Translations under genes and position numbers: made by a program
In this document: piece by piece, positions 12,480 through 24,400 of the stretch
How positions within the stretch are numbered: position 1 is the stretch's first letter
Layout of the letters: every line of letters starts with the position of its first letter
Assembly: GCA_036172245.1 (NCBI GenBank)
Contig: JAYWIR010000019.1
Coordinates: 2,542,001-2,606,000 of the forward strand
DNA length: 64,000 bases
From: Raillietiella orientalis
Taxonomy: Eukaryota
Direction: 5' to 3'
Notes under the pieces: model-generated
Databases searched by the model: none
Told to the model about the DNA's origin: nothing
Seen by the model: only the letters and a program-made list of their open reading frames with translations

Positions 12480-12950
12480 TTATTTGCCGTTGGCTTCACC
12501 ACTCAAGATTGAGGAGTGGCAGGAAACTCTGCATCCGTGTTGCGCGGCTTCTTGCAAGATGAATCGGCGGGTATTCATCCATGAGAACTCGGTCCTTAAT
12601 CAAGTGAATTGCCAGATTTTCTCAACGTGTTGCTCTTTCAAGAATCCAAGAATCTCCAGTTTTTCTTCCCGAAATGAATAGCGAGGAGCCTCCCAGAGAA
12701 CGCTTCACTTCTTTCACGTACTTAAATATCTGTGGCCAAACACCATACATCGGAAGGACTCCAAGAAAGTGAAGCAGCTGTTTTCTACATGTGTGAGATT
12801 TGCTATCCTTCTCCAGCTGTTTTATGCAAAAAATCATGATCACGACAGTGTCAACAGACAATGATGTCATCAAAAAACGGCTGAAAAAAAAAATCGAAAT
12901 CCGACGTGTCCAGCTACACCTCGAGGCATCATCCACATTCTCTTCGGCCT
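12480..12950 (-). mobile_element. Non-LTR retrotransposon RT remnant
   Basis: Minus strand near 12800-12870 reads SLSVDTV then, after a frameshift, DHDFLHK, resembling LSLDxxKAFDxVDHxFL. Heavily decayed. Confidence 0.35.
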
Positions 12951-15900
12951 TGCTCTGCAGGATAAATTGATATGTGTGTATGATTTACACATGTGGGGGT
13001 GAAAATCAGAAGCGTGCTGTCACGCCTAGGCGGATGATGTCTTCATTAGCCCAATGATTGGTGAAAAGGATGCTAAGTGAATGATGTTTGTCAAACAGTG
13101 GAAGATACTCGGTCTTAGGGAGCTCACGTCACGGTGGAGCAGGTGGGAGGAGCACGTCAGTTCGAGTTCGGGTAGGCAGGACCCCACTAAATGATTTGCA
13201 CCCCCATCTTCGTTTCAAAATTATGGCTGATAAAGGCGAGGCTTGTGTGATCCAAAGTCTTGTGCCTGATTTAATACTACTCAAAAGGCACTATTATTAC
13301 TGCCCTGTGTTTGGAAACAATCGCAAAGTAATAACCTGTTAGCCTCAAAAAAAAAAAAGTCGACATTTCCACATCGTCTCATAAATTTCGGCTGCTTTGC
13401 ACGGAGGAAAAAAAAAAAAAAAGGAAAAAGAAAAGAACGCTTTTTTTCCTTGTTATCTGTAGGCAACACAGTCTTAGAGCATTCCCTGCTAGAGGTAGCC
13501 ACTTGGGGATGCCCAACCCGACCATCACGCCGTTAGAGAGTTTCTTCCTTCAGCGGCGCGCATGCAGAATAGAAATTCCAACACACAAATGTGAGGGCGG
13601 TTGGCTGTTAGGCACGGAGAATAAAAGCCACGAGGATTGTGTTTTTTGAAGGCAGCTCAAAAGACTTTCGATCCGTCGAGGTCCGCTCGCCTTACCGATG
13701 TGTTGCTGATGGTACCGTTTCGTTAGACAGAGATGTATTCTACGCACGGAATTTATGAGCCCACCAGAGAGACATAGGACTGATACATAGTGATATGATG
13801 AACTGATTGAATGCAAGGCGAAAGGAAGAATGCAGGAATTCGAGGAATGAACTCAAACAACTTCGTTTATCCGAGGGGAATCGCGCCACTTAATAAGGCA
13901 TGAAGAAATTGTATCTGATTCTTCTGACTTCAGCAACAGATTTTGGAGCTTTCATTAGAATGCAACCTCAAAAGCCAATTCATGAAAATCTTGAAGTCTG
14001 TCTCAATACTCCGGTGGTCTACCGTACCCCGCTAGCACCGAGCAATTAAAGATTCCTGCTTACCTGCTCTACAAAGGACCCTATATTTAGTTTTAATCTA
14101 TAATGTGATGGACAGATGATGTCTCCAAACAGAATGAAATGCTTAAATGAAAGCGGCAGTTACCTCTTATTTTTCTGTTCTTATCAAATTTATACCAAAT
14201 ACTTTGGAAAACTTACCATAATATCACTCCGAGTTCTGAGAAAGCGCTTACGACATAATATTGAGAAGTCGCAACAGTTAAGGAGGTCGTTACATTTACA
14301 TATTTCCTTAGAAAAAAACTTATCGCTGACTATAAATTTGTTCTTTCAGCACTTAATCAAAAGCATCCTGTTGCATATCCCCAATTGAGATAAAGCACAA
14401 AATTTAATCCACTATATGATACCACAAGATCTCGGTGCCACTCTTCAAACCTTGGAAATGCTAGGGCGTCACAACATAGCATAGGAACCACGAAAAATTT
14501 ATCTGAGTCTGTATTTTGTGGAAACTGCACCCTCAAGATGAAATTATTGCTTATGAACCAAAGCATGGCTGAAAATGCTAATAAACATTAGAAGCAGACA
14601 AAATGATCTAAAGTGTAATCAGCTGAATACTCAATGCCCCCTTTCTCCAAATAAAAAATAGCTGATAACCAAATAGTTCATCCAGTGGCTATCTCTGCCT
14701 TCTGAAACAGAATTTTCTTACAAAGATGCAGCATGTTTGAATAACATACTTTGTACTCAACAGTTGATACACATCAGGTCCTTTTCCTGGGGGCTACACT
14801 GGAAACTTCATCCATGTGTTCCCCAACACCCTCGTTACAAAAACTCAAGACGAACACGACAAGACGCAAAGGGGTGCTGCCCTCAGCATGATCTTTCAAC
14901 ATTCCATAAGAAATCCACCATATGCTGTTTCCAATAAATCTTGAAACCAATATATTTGTTTCGGGATTTGAAGGAATGTAACAGGGTAACGCACAAAAGT
15001 AGGAATTGCAGAGTTCTAAATTGACATCCACAAGATGTTGAAAAAAAAAAAAAAAAACAGGGAAAGAAATGCAATGACTGACACAAAAGAATAAATAACC
15101 TGCACGTATATTTCCCTCCAAAAGATGTGCTGAATAATAACGAAAACGAATGTAATGTGGTGTGCTAACAGTAATGAAAGCTCAAAGGGAATCATTTCGT
15201 CAGCAAATTCGGGACGCAAACAAATGCGACAAATTCCGAACAATCGGTGGAGGAATATCGCATAAATAAAAACTTACTGTTGGCATATGTAATTTGATCG
15301 TTAAAGTTGTCGTTCTCACGAGATTATGGCACTCTATTATCAAGAGTTTATTAACAGTAGCTCGCTTGACGAGCTGCATGAATCAATAAATGCATGAACA
15401 AATATTTGTGCGTTTATGAAACTCGTTTTCCTCCAGCAAGGAGGCGAGATTAAAATCCCCGTATGTCACACGGAATTTAGTTTTCAAAGCTTTTGCGAAC
15501 CTGAATTTTCGTGGAATGTTCGTGAGCCATTAGACTCTTAAGTTTTGACCAAGGACCGAAGTTCGCGTTGCATCCATTCAGTTAACGAGATTGCAGGAGC
15601 GTTTCTCAACATCTGGCGCCTGTTTTCAGCTCTTCATACTTCCTTTAAAACCAAAGCGACGCTGTTGAAAGCGCTCACATTCTAAATCCGGTATGTAAGG
15701 ACAAATTTTCCAAGGTTGGCATTTTGCATGAGACATTCATCTATTTGAACAAGCAGAAATTTGCAGCATCAAGAGATCAGTATACCAAGGGAAAGAATGA
15801 CCGAGAGAAAATATCAACTGGAGGAGTGGAGCACATACTAACGAAAATACAATATTTAAGTAGCCTTGAGATATTGCTTAGTGGAACACTGAAAATGATG

Positions 15901-16253
15901 CACATATCTGTCCTTTCCATTATGTCGGTTACATTTTAATGAAAAAGCACCATGGTAGGCATAAGTATCGGACAACGAAATCCTCGGTCGCAGTTTACGT
16001 AGTCAGCGCGTAATACAAGCCAAAGGTTTTGATCTGCTGCACTCCATGGAAAACACTTTTTTGAACTTTGCCCATTTTCGAAACCAGCAAGCCTGTGTAT
16101 CTTCGTTTTGGAAATTGATACTGCCTGGGAGGAGGGGACTTTGCATTGCATTGGGGTAACCTCTTGGATCGTGGGAGGAGGCCCTGCTCCGTGCTGCTGC
16201 CTTGGATACCCTTTCAAAGAATGTTCGTTTAGGTTTTCAAAACGAGGGACAAA

Positions 16254-19200
16254 ATGTGTAGTGCTGCTAAGATTCTCATCCGCGGGTCTCTTCAGATGCT
16301 CAGTAGATGCTCGTACTCCAAATTTGGGCGGAAGACCGTAAATGTAGTCGGAGTTCCACTCTATCAAGGGCAGGTTGTTTTGAACACTTGTGTTGCTTTA
16401 GCGGATATCGTGTAATGTCATAGGACAAAAGTATAAATCACCTCCGTATTTTCGAGATACGCACGCTGACTATGGTAAAAGTAAACATGCCGCACCCAAT
16501 TTTAAGTGCTTAATTTTTGACATTTGTCAATAAAATAGATGATGTGCATGTAAATTTTCGTCATGAAATGAAATTGTGAGGTATTGCCTCTTTATTATCG
16601 CAGAATGATTTTATAGGGAAAAAGTGGGGTCGAAAATGGACCAGCATGTATCCGGGAAAGTGGTATTGTTGCCGAATTAGTTGAAAGCGGTAAGATTCTA
16701 GCCTTATATTTTACAAACCATTTATTTTACCATGTAATGATTACTGTACCTTCAGGATATGATGTCAAGGATTTAGGTAATGTGTCGGTGCAGAATACTC
16801 GCACTTCAGGTGCAACAAATCTGTCTACAGTAAGCCAATTTAACAAAGAGGTGAGATTAAAATTCTTATTGTTATTCCTTCAAAATCCCTTATTAAAACC
16901 CGTTTTGTTGCTAACATTTTATTGGGGATTGTTACAATTCGTTACAATGTGTTCTCTGAACTATTGCTTAATGATTTTTGCCCCTTTTAATGAATGAAGT
17001 ATCGCATAGATGTTTGAGTATGAATCAGATTTTCACAGTTTATTGTTACAAGCAGAATCCTTTACAAAATCCTTGGAAAATGCTTTGATGATGCTTTTTC
17101 ATTAAGCCTTAAGAATAGCCTGCAAACTTATTGATAGTTTTTATAGTGGTGATTAAGTGCCGCACCACTGTTGTGTAGAATTTGCTTAAAGCTTTTTTTC
17201 TCTCTCTCTTCTTGTATACTAAATATGCAGTTTTCCAGAAGATTTTTGTGTTTGTACTGTTGATTATGGTATACTGTAATTAACAAATGCACTGATTAAC
17301 CAAGGACTTTCTAAATTTCAGATATCTGGTGTGATCTTTTCTAGTGCTGAATTCAGACAATAATAGATTCCTTTCAAGTAATGTACCAAACCTTTAGCTT
17401 CTGTTGGTTTCCTAGATGTGTTTTGATTCTAAGAATTAGTGATGTTTTCTTATTTTCTCAACAGCAAATTGTATGTGGAATTCTTGTAAAAAGTTTTTCG
17501 TGTAGTTTTCCTAAATTTTCTTAAACATGATATTCATGCAAATACCGATAATAGATGCGTAATTCATTCCTTGACTTGAAAGGAAAATTACATCAGATAA
17601 TTATAATGCATTTCTTTCTATGTAATTAGTTTTTATGTTTAAACAGTAGGTTTTTGAATACATTTATATTTCATTTATTTATAAAAAAGCTGCTTTTCTA
17701 ATGAATGATACATGTATTGATGATTTTCTAATATCAATCTTACACATAAATGGAGTGCAAATGAAATCGTTGCAAACTGGATTTGATTAACGAATTCAGT
17801 ATTTAATTCTTCTATTTGCCATTTTAAAATGCAATATTTTGAAATCACTTTAGAAAGAACTCCATCTTGTTATGTTTTTGTGCATTAATTACTTGTATTT
17901 TCGTTTATTTAGTTTTAATGGACTTTTAACAGTTAGCATTTGCTTGAGTTAAATTGCTCTGCTTTGTCCAATTATTCATGTTTTGTTGTTTTCCCAAAAA
18001 TTATAAAGTTTAACTTGTATTTATGAATGAACTTTAACAATGTTGTATTTGTTGTTGTAACTCAAAAGCTCTTGCTATTCATGCACAATAAATTAGTGTC
18101 AGATATTTGCATCTCTCTCTTCTGCTCCTTGAAAGCCATAATTTCAAGTTCTAAGTTCTTAGTATGTTTTATATTAAGCTGAGTAATTTCAACAACGAGT
18201 ATATATAATGTAGATTTGTACATTAACTGATTTTGCGATTTCATTTTCTGGTTTCACAGATCTCATTTTGATCATAAGAAGCTTTTGCTGAGTTTGCCCT
18301 GCTTCATGCTCAAAATATCGAAAATAGAATTTTTGTTTAAAGAGTAGGAACTGTACATTTATATTTTCAAAAGAAAAATGCAAACAAACTGAAGTTGCTC
18401 TCAAGATGCTTTAAGACAATTTTATTATTTACGAAATTTTTTTATAAGGAGCGCTTTCTTGGGATTGCAAGTTTTTTTATGCGGGTGAGGCATGCACATA
18501 TACATGCATTCTGTTATGCAAACTTAAATTTGTGTGCATTTTATAACTATGTGAAATAATATAAAATTACACCTCTGTAAACATAAGGAATTACTTACAG
18601 TGGAAAATATGGAAATTTCAAAATGAAATGAAGTGTATTTTTTATTTAAGTGATGATATTGCCACATTTTTGACTTCCTTCCTCATTAACTTTTGTTACT
18701 AAATCTTTGGGACTTTTTAAATTTCCAAGTGGTAGTTTTCCTTAGTAGTTTGGTTTGGGGAAAAGGTTAATTTCATGTGGTGGATTAGTTGTTAGACTTT
18801 CGTGTAATTTTTAAAGTTTTTCATCTTTTTGTGATTTTAGCTTTCTCAAACACTAAAGCAGAATGTTCAGACTGCAGATGTATCTCTAGTTTTGGGAGGA
18901 GATCATAGTATTGGAATAGGATCTATTTTTGGTCATGTCCAGAGTACCAGTGATAGAGTAGGGATTCTATGGGTAGATGCACATGCTGACATAAATACTT
19001 TGGCCTCTTCACCTTCTGGAAATCTGCATGGCATGCCTCTCTCATTTCTAATTAAAGAATTAACTCTTGATCAGCCTAAAATAGAGGAATTTGCATGGAT
19101 CACTCCTTGGTTAGTTTTTAATATGCATTGTTACTGTAAAAAATCAAGCATTTCAACTGCCCTTATAAATCATTACCCTAATCAAATCATTTATCTAGTG

Positions 19201-21015
19201 TTCCAGCTAAACATCTGGCTTACCTTGGCTTGAGAGAAATGGACTCTTTTGAAATGTAAGTTTGAAAGTTTTTGTTTTGTTGCTGTATGGTCAGTGATAT
19301 AATAAATACACAAGTGACTTTTAAATTTGTTGTTTGAATCATGTTAAGCTTAATTGTGTGGAATATGAATCCTTCCAGGGAAATTTGTTTGACAGATCTG
19401 TTCAAATTCAAGTTTGTTCAAAATTCATCTTTTTTGATAAAGCAGTGGATTGGTTGTTTCTATGTCTCATCTTCTTATTTTATTACATTTAAGCAACTCG
19501 CATTCAAATAAAAAGTATTGGAAAACAGTTATTTTATTGTTAATCATTTCACAAGTATGTTTTAATCTCTTTGATTATTTGTGCTTAAAAATGGAATAAA
19601 TTTTTTTCCGAATCTAATAATTATTCATGAATGGTCAGGATTATTTTCAGAATTAGATAACAAATAAAGTCAGATAGTGAATCATATCGATTATAATGGA
19701 TTTTTAAGCGCAGTTTCACATCATTGTATTTGTTAGTTAGCATCTCTTCTCCCTCATTTGTCTCATCTTCTGTTGCAAAATAGGAAACAAAAGATGAAAT
19801 GAATAACTAGATTCTAGTTATGGTACATGAATAGATCAAATGTTGCTAAATAAACATGAAAGTGATGCATATGCTTAAAGGTTGTGTGTATTCATTTATG
19901 GTGTTCTTGACATGACTCAACTCTTATTTCATTTTGGTTGTGTTGGGCACAACACTGAGGTTTTTGGGGTCATTCACAACCATATTTGCATTGTAGCATC
20001 AGGAAAGGAGAAAGTAAAGCCAAAGTAACTAAATTCACTGATGAAAAGCTATCAAAAGCAAAAACTTTTGAAACAAAAAATCAGGGAGGTTGGTTGGCTA
20101 GGGTGAGATGTGAATGACTAAATAACATACTGTACGCACATCTCTTGTCATATTTTGTCATGTGAGATTCCATGCATTGCTGCATACATGTTCAGTTTAC
20201 CAGAGGAAAAGTTCACTGGTTTGATTTAGTCACTTAAGAGTTTTGACATCACAACTTGATATTTAAGCAACAGCAAAAAATGGAGGTAAAGAGAAAAATC
20301 CTTGAATTGATGAAAATGGATTTTTTAACAAAGGACAAAAATAAATGCACCTTTAAAACTTTCAGTTTACTAAGTTTTTTTGCAAAAATTAAATTAACCT
20401 GCTTTAATATACTTTTTTCCAGAGGAGTCATAAGTAAATTGGGCATCAAAGCATTTAATATGTGTGACATTGATCATATGGGCATAGCAAATGTAATGCA
20501 ACAAGTTATTCAACATTTCAATTCTTTAAACATTTCAACAATTCATATTAGCTTTGACGTTGATGCAATGGATCCACTTCATGCTCCAAGTACAGGAACA
20601 CCAGGTAGAATAGAATTACGTTGAGATTTTCCGTCTTGAAAAATATGTCGAGTTAGTTTTGTTGAGTAGTTAGAATTGTGTTAAGTTTGTGCACAGGATT
20701 TTTGAAATCAGATAGAACATACCAAATTCAGTTTTTGGTCTCTCTGAATACAATGTATGACTAGAATATGTTGATTGTAAAAACAGAGTACTTGCAGCAA
20801 TTATTTTGAATTATCTTGCAGTGCCAGGAGGAATAAGCCTGAGAGAAGCTCTTTATGTGATCGAGCAAATGGCCAAAAATTATCGTGTAAGAGTGGTGGA
20901 TCTTGTAGAAGTTAACCCAAATATTGGTTCAAAACAAGATGTGATTCAGACCGTTACAGCTGCAAAATTTATTCTGCTTGCTGCAGCATGTGGTGTTAGA
21001 CCACATATTACTTGA
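16254..21015 (+). CDS. ARG: Arginase, 329 aa, 7 coding exons, probable mitochondrial presequence
   Basis: Exons 16254-16373, 16617-16689, 16756-16850, 18841-19109, 19199-19255, 20423-20604, 20822-21015; all GT-AG and phase-compatible, 990 nt in total. Motifs GVPLYQGQ, GVENGP, GGDHS, DAHADINT, SGNLHGMP, SFDVDAMDP, TGTP and EVNP include all six Mn ligands. Confidence 0.96.
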
Positions 21016-21071
21016 AATAAAATAAGCATTGATATTTTGTAATTCATCTTCAAAAACTAGAACATTTTATT
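21016..21071. terminator. Convergent polyadenylation signals of arginase (+) and the RNF8-like gene (-)
   Basis: AATAAA at 21016-21021 (+), directly after the arginase TGA; TTTATT at 21066-21071 (AATAAA on -). Confidence 0.55.
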
Positions 21072-21465
21072 CTTCAACTTTCAAAGAATTCTTACATCTG
21101 CACAAGCCACTGGAACTTGTAATGTAGCACTTTAGGTTTAAAGATATGCTGAAAGCAATACAAACGCTAGTTTCTGAAAACGGTTTAACTTCAGAATGAT
21201 TTCTAGAATGAAGTCTACACTTTACTACCTTAATAGTCCATAAATTGCAGCATCATGCAGAACTTGAGGGTCTAAAAGGTGTCTTCATCTGAAAATATAA
21301 ATCTGACAGTAAAATCAATTTTGGATTGAATCTGATGACAAGTTCATTCACCAGTAATTCATTAAATTGTCGCACGGATCTGCACTTTTGAGTTGCAACG
21401 AACTAATTAGTTTTACTTGGAACTAATTTATTCGTATTTATTTTACTTCAAAAAATATTACTTGT

Positions 21466-24400
21466 TCAAGAATCATTTGATAACATGCCTGGCTTTTTAT
21501 GACACTGCAGAAGTGTAACCAATGCATCCAAAGTCCTTGAAGGTACCATGTGCAAAATTTTTTTACAGCATACTGGGCAAAAATTGCTTTTTTTGAGCCA
21601 GGCTTTGATGCATTCCTTGCAAAATGAATGAGAGCATCGGAGTGTTACGGCCTTCAAACTAGAACTAATTTCTTGAAAAAGAAACTTGATTTAGCTTACT
21701 TTATTAAACAGTTCATTACAAATGATGCATTCCAGTTCCCCTTGGAAAGACTGGAATAATGAACTGAATTCCTGACTGGGAACTTTATAGATCATCTGAG
21801 ATGTCTGGATGCCTTTCTCTATACAAATCAAAAAACAACCAAACTGAAAAACACTTTTCAGTTTAAAAAGAATTTCAATTAGAAACTGTTTCATCTCGCA
21901 ATTTACATACGATACTTGTGATACTTAAATGTTTTATAATGCAAAAGGGGATTTCGAAATCAATTTGAATGAAGCACTTTATAAAACAAAATCGAAATTC
22001 ATTCCAAAATTATATTGTTTTTAATGAATTACCTTTACATTCATAGAATTAAAATGATTTGAAATGAGTAATTTGACTTTATTAAAACAGTTCAAAAAAG
22101 CATTCTCTTAAAATAGAAAATATGATGGATTACTGAGACTGTTCACTAGAAAAGCAGAAAACATGGCAGCTCCAATATTGATACATTTCTTTTGATCTGT
22201 AAATCCATACAAAGAAAATCGAATATGTAGTCCAATGACACTTTTCCATTCAATTGCTTTTTATTCCTTTATAATTAATGCGCACTCATAACCTTATGAA
22301 GTGACTGGATTCCTTTTGACGTTTATATTAGCTGATTCGAATGATGTAAATAAACTTTTGCAAATGTAAACGCAATCTTCTCACTACGTAAATTTACATG
22401 AATCCAACTAAAATCATGTAGCATCATACTTGTTTCAATTAATTCATTTTAGTGCTAGCAGTTAGTGGGGCAGTGAACCATTACTTAGTCCTCCTTGTTT
22501 ACTGATTCAGTACTTTCTGTGGCCCTAAATGCTGTTCCTGGAAACCCTTGAAATGGGACCATTGACCAATATTTGTTGAAGTGAAAGGAATCCGCTTCTG
22601 TTCTATTGATGCAATGCATTTATTTTAAATTCCAGTTTGAATATTTTACTTCAATTATTGTCTCACTTCCAGTTTAACGTATTAGATGAATCACATTCTG
22701 CTTTACATTTCGATTCTCGGAACAACTGATACTTAATTACTTCACAATCATTAGCTCAACTAGTTTACTTTTTGTTCAAATGTTGACTTCATTTGAATGA
22801 CTTATGTCATTCAAATTTCCCCTACAGAATATGGCTGTCTTGATTTTAAAAATTACAACAAACTATACCTGTTTTACTTTTCATAACTTTGAGACATCTG
22901 ATGAAGCATTGCCATACACTGAACTGATCAATAATCAAGTAAAATGAAAATCGTAGCTGTTAGCTAAACTCAGCAAATTCTTATATCTTGTTTGCAAAAG
23001 GCTTCAACTTCCAAATTGTATTTTTAACAAATTTATCAAAACCATTCTTCCTTTGTTTGCAATAAAATACAAAATCGGTTCTTTTTACCTAATCAATTCC
23101 CAAATTTAATTCGAAACAAGATGTCAACATTCTGGGCAAAAAAGGATCACCAAGCTGTGCTGGGGTATGACATTGTAATAAGCCACATGTAAGAGTCCTG
23201 CAGTTCACGAACTGGAAATTTATTTAGTGATAACTAAATTTCAGCATCAAATTATATTTCACGGACCACAAAATAGCTAAAATACTCATTAACAACAACA
23301 CTGTCCAATTATTTCCAAACCTATGTACTCATTAGGATGATGCTTGGTTAAAATCAAGAATTTTCGCCAATTTGATTTTGAAGTCTGCTTACTATAAACA
23401 GTTGATTATAAACAAACCTATGTTTCTTTCATAATGACAAATTTTTATGCACTGCAATAACCACCAAAATAACTACATTGCAAATAACAACAACCAGCAT
23501 GCTAATGTATCCTATCTAATTAGCAAAGTGCAATAAACTGGGATCAAAAATAAAATAAAACACACAACACCAAAGTATAAAGGCCTAAACAGTGCTTATT
23601 AGTTTGTCAGAATCCTTCCACTAGCATCCAACACTTGTGCAAGCACTTTGCTTGGCCATGTTACCACCGACTTAAATAAAATATAATTTTGGGGGAGAAG
23701 AAAGCTCTTAACAAAATTAAACATAAAAATAAAAACAATCATTGAAAATTAACAACAATTTTTACAATATAAGAATTTACACCAAACTAGAATTCAATAA
23801 ATATTAGCATTTACATTAAATAATAGAATTTATACTATAAACCTAGGAATTTGAAATTTTTACCATAACTTCTATCCAGAGTTATGCTAAGCTTATCCGA
23901 TGTGCTATGTTTTGAAGTGTTTCTCATTTTCATTGGTCTGAAGATACATACACATATGTAATTTTCTTCTATAAATTGTTATAATGGGCATTAAAATTAT
24001 CCACCACAAATAATTTTATGAAGGATTTTTTTTTATCATTTGAAAATAAACAAGTGTTTATTCATAAAAGAAGCAAAATACTCATTCAACATGAAAATTC
24101 AAGACACACACACACATTCTGTACTCAACTGCTATTATAATTATTGGCAAATAACAACACTATTTGATACTTTAAACAATGCATTATTTGGATTCAGTAC
24201 ACATTTAGCTGGCTTAAGTATACTTGAACATTCTGTTCACAGATGATAGCAATCAAGTAATGGGAACTTTTGAATGATTCAGTAAATCTTTATAAAGAGC
24301 AAAAAATTCAATCCTTCATGAACACACATTTTTTATGGGATTAATATATGCTTACATGTGAACCAATATTTAGAAGTACCTCATAAAACGAAAACTTCCT

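Noticed and set aside
14770..15375. Exon-like minus-strand blocks upstream of arginase
   Set aside because: Splice signals are present but the blocks do not join into an open, recognisable protein; at most a divergent noncoding transcript.
15936..16367. 143-aa antisense ORF overlapping arginase exon 1
   Set aside because: Non-ATG start and no motif; explained by a GC-richer promoter region and the opposite-strand coding exon.
18650..18720. C-box-like GTGATGA in an arginase intron (snoRNA candidate)
   Set aside because: No CTGA D box or terminal stem at a suitable distance.
20038..20074. Hammerhead-like CTGATGA...GAAAC core in an arginase intron (similar at ~47630)
   Set aside because: Stem II is weak or non-canonical and stems I and III with a cleavage triplet cannot be formed.
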